Shown here piece by piece: positions 40,793 through 51,150 of a stretch of DNA of 64,000 nt. A program made the translations under genes and the position numbers. Below the pieces are notes generated by a model that saw only the letters and a list, made by a program, of their open reading frames with translations, did not search any database and was not told where the DNA came from. This DNA comes from Thermosynechococcus sp. (lineage in GTDB: Bacteria > Cyanobacteriota > Cyanobacteriia > Thermosynechococcales > Thermosynechococcaceae). Numbering within the stretch: the stretch's first letter is position 1; each line of letters begins with the position of its first letter. The stretch lies in NCBI RefSeq assembly GCF_046299635.1, contig NZ_JBKBHV010000011.1, forward strand, positions 3,082-67,081, given 5' to 3'.

Positions 40793-40814
40793 AAAACTTA
40801 GGAAAAACTTAGGA
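40793..40814. repeat. Perfect tandem duplication of an 11-mer AAAACTTAGGA
   Basis: AAAACTTAGGA occurs at 40793-40803 and again at 40804-40814. It lies in the divergent udg / cpcB intergenic region. Confidence 0.9.
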
Positions 40815-41191
40815 TAAATTGCATCACCTTTGTGGCGATCGCTAGAACTTTAATTTATCTCAAAAAAGTATTTTACAAATTAATAACTACGGCGAAACAG
40901 GTTTCCCACCGCATTGTATAAGAAATACCTGAAGGGTTTAACTACACCGTTGTTGTTTCCCAGACCCCTTTGCGGAACAACCTATCAGTGATCGTTAGAC
41001 CTTTCCGGCACGCCCAAGAGCGTTGTGCGTTTCTTAAAAACACACCAAGGATCAGCTTGGTCGCTCTCAGGTTGCTTGGCACAGCCTTTGGGGAGTTGCT
41101 GATCAGCTCTCTAAGAATCCTGCGTTATCTTTATGACCAGGAATGTCAAGAAGGTCTCACTTCTTTAATAACCTTTAAGGAGAATTGATCC

Positions 41192-41710
41192 ATGCTAGAT
41201 GCATTTGCCAAAGTTGTCGCTCAGGCCGATGCCCGCGGTGAATTCCTCACCAACGCCCAGTTCGATGCCCTGTCCAACTTGGTGAAAGAAGGCAACAAGC
41301 GTCTGGATGCTGTCAACCGCATCACCAGCAATGCCTCCACGATCGTTGCCAATGCTGCTCGTGCCCTCTTTGCAGAGCAACCCCAACTGATCCAACCCGG
41401 TGGGAATGCTTACACCAACCGTCGTATGGCTGCTTGCCTGCGCGACATGGAAATCATCTTGCGCTATGTGACCTACGCCATTTTGGCCGGTGACTCCAGC
41501 GTGCTCGATGATCGCTGCTTGAACGGTCTGCGGGAAACCTACCAAGCCCTCGGTACTCCCGGTTCCTCCGTGGCTGTGGCTATTCAAAAAATGAAAGATG
41601 CCGCGATCGCGATCGCCAATGATCCCAACGGCATCACCCCTGGCGATTGCAGCGCCCTGATGTCCGAAATCGCTGGCTACTTTGATCGTGCCGCTGCCGC
41701 TGTTGCCTAA
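41192..41710 (+). CDS. cpcB: C-phycocyanin beta subunit
   Basis: 172-aa [26 protein letters not shown]... is unmistakably CpcB, including the chromophore Cys in [10 protein letters not shown]. Confidence 0.98.
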
Positions 41711-41779
41711 GGCACCTTTGACATGACTCTAACTTTGACCGTTCTGAACACGCACATTTTTTAGGGAGATATTTTATCC

Positions 41780-42268
41780 ATGAAAACGCCGATTACTGAA
41801 GCCATTGCCGCCGCCGATACCCAAGGTCGTTTCCTGAGCAACACCGAACTGCAAGCGGTTGACGGTCGCTTCAAGCGCGCTGTGGCCAGCATGGAAGCTG
41901 CTCGCGCTCTGACCAACAATGCTCAGAGCCTGATTGACGGCGCAGCTCAAGCGGTGTACCAAAAATTCCCTTACACCACCACCATGCAAGGCTCTCAGTA
42001 TGCCTCGACCCCTGAAGGCAAAGCCAAGTGCGCCCGTGACATCGGCTACTACCTGCGGATGGTGACCTACTGCCTCGTTGCAGGTGGCACCGGTCCGATG
42101 GATGAGTACCTCATCGCTGGCTTGTCGGAAATCAACAGCACGTTTGATCTTTCCCCAAGCTGGTATGTGGAAGCTCTGAAATACATCAAAGCCAATCATG
42201 GCTTGACCGGCCAAGCTGCGGTGGAAGCCAACGCCTACATCGACTACGCCATTAACGCTCTCAGCTAA
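41780..42268 (+). CDS. cpcA: C-phycocyanin alpha subunit
   Basis: 162-aa [30 protein letters not shown]..., with Cys in [13 protein letters not shown]. Confidence 0.98.
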   Translation: MKTPITEAIAAADTQGRFLSNTELQAVDGRFKRAVASMEAARALTNNAQSLIDGAAQAVYQKFPYTTTMQGSQYASTPEGKAKCARDIGYYLRMVTYCLVAGGTGPMDEYLIAGLSEINSTFDLSPSWYVEALKYIKANHGLTGQAAVEANAYIDYAINALS

Positions 42269-42286
42269 TAGGCGTTTCCTTTCGTT

Positions 42287-42355
42287 GCCCGGTGAGGTAA
42301 GCAGATGTTGTCGGCGTTGGGCTGACCCTTTGTTTACAACACCGGGCTTGTTTGT
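42287..42355 (+). terminator. Long-range stem (8 bp) plus U-rich tail between cpcA and cpcC
   Basis: GCCCGGTG (42287-42294) pairs with CACCGGGC (42340-42347) and is followed by TTGTTTGT. This is a candidate partial terminator or stabiliser that would favour cpcBA transcript excess. Confidence 0.4.
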
Positions 42356-42381
42356 ACCCTCGATATTTAGGAGTTTGTACC

Positions 42382-43245
42382 GTGGCTATTACTGCTGCTG
42401 CTTCGCGCTTGGGTACCTCCGCTTTCAGTGATGCCCCTCGGGTGGAGCTGCGTGCCAACTGGAGCGAGGAAGATCTAGAGACTGTCATCCGTGCCGTTTA
42501 CCGTCAGGTCTTGGGCAACGACTATGTCATGGCATCGGAGCGTTTGGTGAGTGCGGAGTCACTGTTGCGCAATGGCAAAATTACCGTGCGGGAGTTTGTG
42601 CGCGCAGTGGCCAAGTCAGAACTCTACAAAGAGAAGTTTCTCTATGGCAATTTTCAAACCCGTGTCATTGAACTGAACTATAAGCATTTGTTGGGGCGGG
42701 CACCCTACGATGAGTCGGAAGTGATTTTTCACTTAGATCTCTACGAAAATGAGGGCTTTGATGCCGACATTGACTCCTACATTGATTCCCCCGAGTACAC
42801 CAATAGTTTTGGGGATTGGGTGGTGCCCTACTACCGCGGCTTTAACAGCCAGCCGGGACAAAAAACCGTCGGCTTTAACCGCATGTTCCGTCTTTATCGC
42901 GGTTACGCCAATAGCGATCGCGCCCAAGCGGAAGGCAGCATGTCCCGTTTAGCACGGGATTTGGCCACCAACAGTCCCAATACAGTGGTGCCCCCTTCGA
43001 GTAGCGATACGGCCTTTGCCTACTACACTCCCAGTGCTGATGTTCCCCCACGGGCTTGCTTGGGTGGTTCCTTTGGTGAAAGTGGTCGCGTCTATCGCAT
43101 TGAAGTGGCGGGCATTCGCCAACCGGGCTATCCAGGAGTGCGCCGCAGCAGTACCGCCTTCTTGGTACCCTATGAGCAACTGTCGAGCAAAATGCAGCAG
43201 CTTCAGCGCACAGGTGCTCGCATTGTCAGTGTCAATCCTGCCTAG
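42382..43245 (+). CDS. cpcC: Phycocyanin rod linker polypeptide (L-R, ~33 kDa)
   Basis: Has a PBS-linker domain ([16 protein letters not shown]...) and a C-terminal CpcD-like domain. A GTG start at 42382 gives [15 protein letters not shown], typical of CpcC. Confidence 0.93.
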
Positions 43246-43288
43246 GAATGTTTGTTTAACGTCCTTTTGAGATTGGGAGTCAGGTGTC

Positions 43289-43525
43289 ATGTTTGGTCAA
43301 ACTGCGTCTGGAAGTGCTGCCCTTAGCCCCTCCGGCGCTCGCGTTTTCCGCTACGAGGTTGTGGGTCTGCGTCAAAACGAAGAAACCGACAAAATGGGGT
43401 TTCCAATTCGGCGCAGCGGTAGCACCTTTATTACGGTGCCCTACAACCGCATGAATGAAGAGATGCAGCGCATTACCCGCATGGGCGGCAAAATCGTTTC
43501 CATTACCCCAGTGGTCGCCTCTTAA
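43289..43525 (+). CDS. cpcD: Phycocyanin rod-capping linker (small, CpcD)
   Basis: 78-aa ORF. RVFRYEVVGLRQNEETDKMGFPIRRSGSTFITVPYNRMNEEMQRI is a CpcD-like domain. Confidence 0.93.
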   Translation: MFGQTASGSAALSPSGARVFRYEVVGLRQNEETDKMGFPIRRSGSTFITVPYNRMNEEMQRITRMGGKIVSITPVVAS

Positions 43526-43547
43526 GTGGCTGATGTTAGGAGAGGGA

Positions 43548-44363
43548 ATGACGGCGGTCTCTGAACCAGTGCAACTGACAGTGCCCCAAATGCTGGCGCA
43601 GCTTCAGGGGACGGATACCAGTCTCCGTTACTACGCGGCCTGGTGGTTGGGGAAGTTCGGTCTGGAAACGGCAACGACAGCGGAGCGGCAGGCGATTGTT
43701 GAGGCTTTGATTGTGGCGTTAGCCGATGAGACCGATCGCACAGAATTGGGGGGCTACCCCCTGCGGCGCAATGCTGCCCGTGCCCTAGGCAAGTTGGGCG
43801 ATCGCCAAGCCGTACCAGCGTTAATTGAGTGCTTACGCTGCGAGGATTTTTATGTGCGGGAAGCGGCGGCCATTGCCCTTGGTCAATTGGGGGATCCCCA
43901 AGCGATCGCACCTTTGCAAGCCCTTCTAGAAGGCGGTGTGGCGATGGCGCGGCGGGTGCCCGGGCGTCCCCACCTGGTGCAGCCGGTGGAAGCCGTGATT
44001 GAAAGCTTAGGTCACCTCGGTGCCACCAGAGCCATTCCCCTGATTGAGCCATTCCTAGCCCATGAAATGCCGCGAGTCCAATTTGCCGCTGCGCGGGCAC
44101 TGTTTCAGCTCACGGGGGCGGCGGAATATGGCGATCGCCTGCTGGCAGCGCTGGAAAGTGAGGATGTCCAACTGCGGCGGACAGCGCTTCTAGATTTGGG
44201 AGCGATGGGGTATTTACCCGCAGCAGAGGCCATTTTGCAAGCAGGGGTTGAGGTCAGCTTCAAGCTCATTGCCCTCCACGGCATCCTAGGCAAGCAACTG
44301 CGGCAGGCCACCCCACCAAAGCAGATCCTCCCCCTCTTTCAAGGATTGGATCAACTGCTGTGA
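43548..44363 (+). CDS. cpcE: Phycocyanobilin lyase alpha subunit
   Basis: HEAT-repeat protein (LRYYAAWWLGKFG, NAARALGKLGD, EAAAIALGQLGD) in the canonical operon position. ATG at 43548 chosen after a GGAGAGGG RBS. Confidence 0.9.
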   Translation: MTAVSEPVQLTVPQMLAQLQGTDTSLRYYAAWWLGKFGLETATTAERQAIVEALIVALADETDRTELGGYPLRRNAARALGKLGDRQAVPALIECLRCEDFYVREAAAIALGQLGDPQAIAPLQALLEGGVAMARRVPGRPHLVQPVEAVIESLGHLGATRAIPLIEPFLAHEMPRVQFAAARALFQLTGAAEYGDRLLAALESEDVQLRRTALLDLGAMGYLPAAEAILQAGVEVSFKLIALHGILGKQLRQATPPKQILPLFQGLDQLL

Positions 44364-45001
44364 GTGATCTCCTTGCCTATATCCATGCGGTTGAGACGGC
44401 CACCTCCGCTGTGGCCTTGCAAGAGGCTGTGACTCAGCTTGCCCAGCAAAAAGACACCGCTGCCATTCCCACGCTCATTGCCGTTTTGAGGTATAACAAC
44501 CCCGCCGCCGCCCAAGCTGCCGTAGAAGGTCTCATTGCCCTTGGGGATGCCGTGGTCGAGCCACTGCTGGCTCAGTTGGATGAATACAACTATAGTGCCC
44601 GCGCTTATGAAGTGCGCATCTTGGGGAGCATCGGTCATCCAGCCGCCCTGCGGGTCTTATTGGCTGCTGCCCAGTCGGATTTTGCCCCCAGTGTCCGCCG
44701 TGCCGCCACAAAGGCCTTAGGAACGCTGCGCTGGCAGTTAATTCCTGAGGAAGCTGAAAGAGTGACTCAATTACAGAAGGCACTGACAGTCCTCCAGCGC
44801 AACAGTGAAGCAGCGGATTGGGCGGTTCGCTATGCCGTTGGCGTTGCCCTCGAGCATCTCTATCAGCAGGCGGCTGCTCGTGCCCTTCGGGAGGCTGTGC
44901 GTTCACTCCTGAATCATTTGAGCGATCGCGACCCTGACATTGTGGTGCGTTCCCGTTGTCAACTTGCCCTCCAGAGGGACTCTCTGTCCATGCACACCTA
45001 A
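44360..45001 (+). CDS. cpcF: Phycocyanobilin lyase beta subunit
   Basis: 213-aa HEAT-repeat ORF. Its GTG start overlaps the cpcE TGA as GTGA. Confidence 0.88.
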   Translation: MSDLLAYIHAVETATSAVALQEAVTQLAQQKDTAAIPTLIAVLRYNNPAAAQAAVEGLIALGDAVVEPLLAQLDEYNYSARAYEVRILGSIGHPAALRVLLAAAQSDFAPSVRRAATKALGTLRWQLIPEEAERVTQLQKALTVLQRNSEAADWAVRYAVGVALEHLYQQAAARALREAVRSLLNHLSDRDPDIVVRSRCQLALQRDSLSMHT

Positions 45002-45016
45002 AAGGATTGGAAAGTT

Positions 45017-45850
45017 ATGTCGTTACCCTTGCTGGCTGTGAAGCCCAGAACCCTTGACCAGCGGGTGGTCAGTTATGAAGTCCCCGCCGAGGATGATCCC
45101 GTCATCTACCGCCTCACTGATGCCACCGATGCCGCAGACGTGGATGCCCTGATTTGGGCAGCCTATCGCCAGATTTTTAGTGAACACCTGATTTTGGCCT
45201 CCTACCGTCAGCCCTTCCTAGAATCCCAACTGCGCAATCGTGCCATTTCTGTTCAGGATTTTATCCGTGGCTTGGGTAAGTCCGAGGTCTATCGCGAGCA
45301 AGTGGCAGCCGTCAACTCCAATTACCGCCTCGTGGATGTCTCCTTCAAGCGCTTCCTTGGCCGCCCCACCTATGGCCAGCAGGAGCAGATTGCGTGGTCG
45401 ATTATTTTAGCCACCCGTGGACTTGAGGGATTTATTGATGCCCTCGTAGACAGCGACGAGTACCAGCAAAACTTTGGTGCCGATATTGTCCCCTATCAGC
45501 GGCGGCGGCGCCGGGCGCGTCCTTTTAACCTCGTTAATCCTCGCTACAGCGACTACTGGCGCAACAAGGAAATTTCCCTCAGTGGCCGTTCTTACTACCA
45601 GGTGCGCTACTACACCGCAGGACCACTCGATAAGCAAGTTATTCGGGGTGCGATTCCTGCCAACTTCCTGTCAATGGCACGCTCCATTGTGGTGCCCACC
45701 CTTGATACTCAACGCCATGTAGCACGGGCAACCTCAAGTTTGGTGACAGTTCCTGAAACAGCCCAAGAGCGAGATCTGCCGCCCACTCCTGTCAAACCTG
45801 TGCCCGTTGCGTTGCCCTATCGTTATTTGCCCTCTCAACCAAAGGTGTAA
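45017..45850 (+). CDS. cpcG1: Phycobilisome rod-core linker CpcG, paralogue 1
   Basis: 277-aa ORF. Its PBS-linker domain includes AAYRQIFSEHLILASYRQPFLESQLRN. First of three tandem paralogues. Confidence 0.9.
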   Translation: MSLPLLAVKPRTLDQRVVSYEVPAEDDPVIYRLTDATDAADVDALIWAAYRQIFSEHLILASYRQPFLESQLRNRAISVQDFIRGLGKSEVYREQVAAVNSNYRLVDVSFKRFLGRPTYGQQEQIAWSIILATRGLEGFIDALVDSDEYQQNFGADIVPYQRRRRRARPFNLVNPRYSDYWRNKEISLSGRSYYQVRYYTAGPLDKQVIRGAIPANFLSMARSIVVPTLDTQRHVARATSSLVTVPETAQERDLPPTPVKPVPVALPYRYLPSQPKV

Positions 45851-45853
45851 GCC

Positions 45854-46594
45854 ATGACGATCCCCTTGCTCAGCTATGCCCTCAGTTCCCAAAATCAGCG
45901 GGTACCGGGCTATGAAGTGCCCAATGAAGACACGCCTTGGCGCTATGCCCTTGAGGATGCAGCCGATCAGTCGGATATTGATGAACTGATTTGGGCAGCC
46001 TATCGCCAAGTGTTTAGCGAACACGTCGTCCTCAAGAGTACCCGCCAGCCCCACTTGGAGTCACAACTAGCCAATCGTGCCATTTCAGTACGGGATTTTA
46101 TTCGTGGCTTGGCCAAATCGGAGACCTTCCGCCGTTTGGTGGTGGAGACCAACTCCAACTATCGCTTGGTGGAAATTGCCCTGAAGCGGCTCCTTGGGCG
46201 TGCCCCCTACAATAAACAAGAAGAACTGGCGTGGTCTATTCGCATTGCTACCGATGGTTGGCAGAAATTTGTGGACACCCTTGTGGACAGTGACGAATAT
46301 ACGCAAAACTTCGGTGATAACACCGTGCCCTACCAGCGGCGTCGGTATAAAGATCGTCCCTTTAACTTAGTTACCCCTCGCTATGGTGACTACTGGCGCG
46401 ATAAGTTAGAGAACAGTCGCTACAAGTGGGGCGACATTCGCAATTTCTTGGAGATGGCACGCTCGGTCAAGGTGACACCTGTGCAGTTCAAGCCAGTGTC
46501 CACAGCCAATGTGCAAATCCCCGATACCACACGGCGCGATCGCCCGATTGTACCGGTGTCGATCAACCCGACGGCGACCTTTCCGCTGCGCTAG
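45854..46594 (+). CDS. cpcG2: Phycobilisome rod-core linker CpcG, paralogue 2
   Basis: 246-aa ORF with the same domain, [27 protein letters not shown]. Confidence 0.9.
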   Translation: MTIPLLSYALSSQNQRVPGYEVPNEDTPWRYALEDAADQSDIDELIWAAYRQVFSEHVVLKSTRQPHLESQLANRAISVRDFIRGLAKSETFRRLVVETNSNYRLVEIALKRLLGRAPYNKQEELAWSIRIATDGWQKFVDTLVDSDEYTQNFGDNTVPYQRRRYKDRPFNLVTPRYGDYWRDKLENSRYKWGDIRNFLEMARSVKVTPVQFKPVSTANVQIPDTTRRDRPIVPVSINPTATFPLR

Positions 46595-47383
<789 letters not shown>

Positions 47384-47412
47384 GTCGGGCTGAAAAATGT
47401 GCTAATGGTGTG

Positions 47413-47447
47413 GCCGTCGGTGAATTGACTGGCGGCTTTTTTCTTTT
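47413..47447 (+). terminator. Rho-independent terminator of the cpc operon
   Basis: GCCGTC...GGCGGC stem (6 bp including one G-U pair) is followed by TTTTTTCTTTT, 30 nt after the last cpcG stop. Confidence 0.6.
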
Positions 47448-47526
47448 ATATTTTATACTCCGTGAATTTCTGGGAGCGCTTACACATTTCAACAGTCTAA
47501 TCTTGAGTTAGTTTTTTCTGGAAGCT

Positions 47527-48381
47527 ATGAGCGATCGCCTTCTCCCTTGGCTGGTACCTGCCATCGTCACTGTCACTGTGCTGCCCGCCAGTAGTCAAGT
47601 TACGATTCCGCTGACGGTTACCGTCAGTCCTGAGCGCGCCGTTTTGGGGGATACACTGGCCATTGTGGTTACCGCTTCCGAGCAACCCACCGTCGAGGTG
47701 GCAGGTAAAGTCCTGCCGGTGTTTCTCATCGGTCCACAGCAATGGCGGGCGTTTATGGCCACCACACCCCTCCAGACCCCCGGCCGCCGCTCATTGGTGG
47801 TTCGCTCAGGACAGGAAACCCGCAACATGCTCCTGTGGGTGGGCGATCGCTCATTTCCTGTGCAACGCATTTGGCTACCACCGGGCAAAGACACCTCAGG
47901 AACCGATTTTGAATTCGATCGCGTGGATGCTTTTAAGGCTTTGGTCACACCCACAAAACTCTGGCAAGGTGCCTTTCACCGCCCCAACAGTGGCCCTGTA
48001 ACCACCCCCTACGGTGTGCGGCGATATTACAACGGCGTTTTTGCCAAGGACTACTTCCATCGCGGTTTGGACTATGCCGGCCCTAAAGGATCACCCGTGG
48101 TGGCCGCTCAGCGGGGACGTGTGGCCTTAGTGGGGCGAGAATCCCAAGGGTTTCTCATCCATGGCAACACGGTCGGCATTAACCATGGGCAAGGGGTACT
48201 GACAATTTACCTTCACCTCGATCAAATCCACGTTCAAGAAGGGCAAATGGTTGAAGCGGGGCAAGTCATTGGCACCGTAGGGGATACGGGTGCCTCCACA
48301 GGGCCGCATTTACACTGGGGACTCTACGTGAATGGTGAGTGCGTCGATCCGCGATCGTGGTTAACTCAGGGCTGGCAGTAG
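47527..48381 (+). CDS. M23-family metallopeptidase
   Basis: 284-aa ORF with a signal sequence. Contains HRGLDYAG and the C-terminal GDTGASTGPHLHWG motif. Confidence 0.85.
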   Translation: MSDRLLPWLVPAIVTVTVLPASSQVTIPLTVTVSPERAVLGDTLAIVVTASEQPTVEVAGKVLPVFLIGPQQWRAFMATTPLQTPGRRSLVVRSGQETRNMLLWVGDRSFPVQRIWLPPGKDTSGTDFEFDRVDAFKALVTPTKLWQGAFHRPNSGPVTTPYGVRRYYNGVFAKDYFHRGLDYAGPKGSPVVAAQRGRVALVGRESQGFLIHGNTVGINHGQGVLTIYLHLDQIHVQEGQMVEAGQVIGTVGDTGASTGPHLHWGLYVNGECVDPRSWLTQGWQ

Positions 48382-48498
48382 TTGCGCAATGAACTCGCTT
48401 CCCTGCCTAGTTTAGGGTCAAGAAATGGGAGATAATGCTACTTCAGAGGTAGCCACTTCGCTACCATTGCCGCTGATAAGATTTGGGAGTTAGCAACA

Positions 48499-48687
48499 AT
48501 GACGATTCTTTTTCAACTGGCTCTTGCTGCCCTTGTCATCCTGTCCTTTGTGATGGTGGTGGGTGTGCCGGTGGCCTACGCCTCTCCCCAAGATTGGGAT
48601 CGCTCAAAGCAGTTAATTTTCCTTGGCTCTGGGCTATGGATTGCCCTAGTGCTGGTGGTGGGCGTTCTCAACTTCTTTGTGGTTTAG
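48499..48687 (+). CDS. psbZ: Photosystem II protein PsbZ (Ycf9)
   Basis: 62-aa two-helix [36 protein letters not shown]... Confidence 0.95.
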   Translation: MTILFQLALAALVILSFVMVVGVPVAYASPQDWDRSKQLIFLGSGLWIALVLVVGVLNFFVV

Positions 48688-49463
48688 TCCAACCAGCGTT
48701 GGCGATAGACTTCGTACAAGAGCACCGCTGTGGCGATCGCCACATTCAGGGATTCAACGTTTGGCTCCTGAGGAATCCGCAGTGCAGTAAAGGTCAGATT
48801 TTGGTAGGCCGGGGGTAACCCTTGGCCTTCATTTCCCATGACGAGCAAGGTAGGTTGACGAAAATCCGCTTGCCAATAGATAAGTGGTGCAGTCGGTAGT
48901 GTGACCACAATTTGCCATCCTTGGGCTTGATAGGTCTTGAGGGTTGCCAAACCATCGGTAACGGTTTGCATGGGGAGGCGAAACCACTGACCAGCACTGG
49001 CACGCAAAACTTTTGGATGGGTTATGTCTACGCAATCAGGAGTCAGCAATAGTCCCTCAACACCCACTGCGGCAGCGGTGCGGATGATTGTTCCCAGATT
49101 ACCGGGATCCTGAAGTGTGACCAAACACAGGCCTAAACGCTTCAACGGCAATGTAGGCAGGGGCGTATAGTCGGCAACGGCCACCACACCATCGGGTGTT
49201 GTTGTTGTACACAGGGCAGCAAGTACCTCTTCACTGACTTCAACGGCGCGATCGCTCCTGTGCAGAATCTGTTGCCAAAAGGCTGGCGATTGCTTAGCCT
49301 GCCAAGACGCCGTGTAGCAAACCACTGCAAAGCGATAGCCGGCTGCTAGGGCTTCCTGTAGCAGGTGAGTGCCCTCTAGCAGTAATTGCCCTTGGCGATA
49401 TTTGCGCTGGTGCAGCTTGCGGATCGAACGCACAAGGGAATTTTGCCGACTGGTAATGATCAC
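48684..49463 (-). CDS. TrmH/SpoU-family RNA 2'-O-methyltransferase
   Basis: Has C-terminal SpoU motifs [10 protein letters not shown] and [15 protein letters not shown]. The GTG start at 49463 overlaps the upstream TGA as GTGA. The longer track ORF, extending to 49661, runs into the neighbouring gene remnant. Confidence 0.8.
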   Translation of the reverse strand: MIITSRQNSLVRSIRKLHQRKYRQGQLLLEGTHLLQEALAAGYRFAVVCYTASWQAKQSPAFWQQILHRSDRAVEVSEEVLAALCTTTTPDGVVAVADYTPLPTLPLKRLGLCLVTLQDPGNLGTIIRTAAAVGVEGLLLTPDCVDITHPKVLRASAGQWFRLPMQTVTDGLATLKTYQAQGWQIVVTLPTAPLIYWQADFRQPTLLVMGNEGQGLPPAYQNLTFTALRIPQEPNVESLNVAIATAVLLYEVYRQRWLD

Positions 49464-50234
49464 GGACTGATCCAGCGATCCAGTAAATGTTCCAGATGGG
49501 GGGTCAAGAGTGCCGTTTGCGCCGCTTGGGCTTGAATTTCGGTTGCCGATTGAATGAAGGAACCGCGTACTAGTTCGTGCTGACAGTGCCGAATCAACTC
49601 CCCAAAGCTTGCGGAGGTCACTTCTAGGTGAAACTGAAGACCGACAACGCGATCGCCCCACAGGAATCCCTGCTGCAGACAGGCGGCACTTTTGGCCAAG
49701 AGAATTACGTCGGTGGGGAGGCTAAACATCTCCCCATGCCAATGCAGCACCGTCAGTTGGGATGGCCAATCTTGAAACCAAGGATGCGCTTGGGCGGCTG
49801 CTGTGAGTTCAATGGGAAACCAGCCAATTTCCTTCGTGGGTGCTGCGATCACCTCTGCTCCTAAAACCTGCGCTAAGAGCTGAGCACCAAGGCAAATCTG
49901 CTCTGTAAGACTTATACAAATCTATACAGTTACAAATCTATCCAGTCAAGTCAAATAGACTCCATTGTTTAGTTTAGATTTGCTGCTGACTTCCTGCTTC
50001 ATCGAAGTCTCAAGAGCGACGCTCTCAAGGGGGATTACTTCTCCACAGGCTTCAATTCCCCCAGAGCTTGGGGTACTTAATAAACTTTAACAGATGGGGT
50101 CTCCTACCGCCGCAGGGTTTGGGTGGACACGCCCTGTCATGATGACTGCCTTGCCAATCAAAACCGCAGGCCGCCCACCGTGCAATGTGTGCAGGGGTCT
50201 CAAAGGGCACGTGCTGGAGATAGTGCAGCTACAT
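49460..50234 (-). pseudogene. Disrupted class-I glutamine amidotransferase gene
   Basis: The C-terminal 150 codons are intact: EQICLGAQLLAQVLGAEVIAAPTKEIGWFP...HWHGEMFSLP. The N-terminal piece M*LHYLQHVPFETPAHIARWA has TAG as codon 2. There is at least one frameshift and an AT-rich block of about 75 bp (roughly 49900-49975) just upstream of the catalytic Cys codon. Confidence 0.65.
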
Positions 50235-50242
50235 GAATTCCC

Positions 50243-50710
50243 TTAGGAAGAGCTGCCGCCTTCATTCCCAAGGATACGAGCTTTATACTCGTTCACCTTT
50301 TGACCCAATTCCCGACGACCCGACTCAAAGAGAACGTAGCGATAGAGAAACCAGCAAGTGTAGCCAAAGCCCACAAGTTCGCAAGTGGGACTTAGGAGGG
50401 GAATGGCATTGACCACCTCCAGAATGGCAACCGCCAGTGCCACAAAGGGAACGGTGGCGAGAATGATGAGGAGCGTGCGCAAAGGCTGCTTGTATTCACC
50501 CAGAAACGTACTAACCTGATCGGGGAAGACCGTGAGGAGCCAATAGAGTTTTTCCCGTGCTTGTTGCCACTGCTCGTCCGTGAGACCCCCCACTTTCGGA
50601 GCTGTGGACTCTTCCCGTTCCGCTAAAGGTGCGGGCGCAGGGGTTGGTTCAAAAATAGGCTTTTCTGTATGAGTGGTTTCTGTGGTTGGGGATGTCTCAA
50701 ATTCATTCAT
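50243..50710 (-). CDS. curT: CAAD-domain thylakoid membrane protein (CurT-like)
   Basis: Acidic/Pro-rich N-terminus, two adjacent TM helices (LLIILATVPFVALAVAILEVV, GFGYTCWFLYRYVLF) and a short amphipathic tail. ATG at 50710 chosen; the track start at 50728 is a GTG. Confidence 0.7.
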   Translation of the reverse strand: MNEFETSPTTETTHTEKPIFEPTPAPAPLAEREESTAPKVGGLTDEQWQQAREKLYWLLTVFPDQVSTFLGEYKQPLRTLLIILATVPFVALAVAILEVVNAIPLLSPTCELVGFGYTCWFLYRYVLFESGRRELGQKVNEYKARILGNEGGSSS

Positions 50711-50839
50711 GCGCTTAATTTCCTTCACTACCTCAGCAAGTGTAAGCTAGGTTCACCGATCAGCGTTGGCTCATAGCTAATAATTGTTTAACATAGGTGG
50801 TGCTTTACCGCTAGCATCTCATATTCCCAAAAGACAACT

Positions 50840-51150
50840 CTACTCATTGAGTACCCAAGTATCCTTGCTCCTTCCCCTTTGAAAGGAATTCACCACCCCT
50901 GAGCCACGTTTCATCACTACCAAGATGCTCATAACTCTGCCGTACAGGCCGTCCAGAACTAGAGGGGCGCAAGTCCATTGAGCAGCCGACAATTTTATGT
51001 CTTAAAAGAACGGGTACTGGCACCACCGTAACGGGGCGCCAATGAATGAATGTTAAACCTCGCCTGTTGTACCGTTTTTGGGGCTACTTCTCCCGCTAGG
51101 AGCGATCGTTCAGGGGTCTTGCTCTAGAGGAGTGGGCAAATTGGACACCG
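50840..51150 (-). ncRNA. Candidate omega-RNA (reRNA) scaffold / right-end region of the tnpB relic
   Basis: Called only by position: the 3' end of tnpB plus the downstream ~300 nt, with no credible ORF and many short complementary GC-rich segments. No covariance model was run. Confidence 0.25.
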
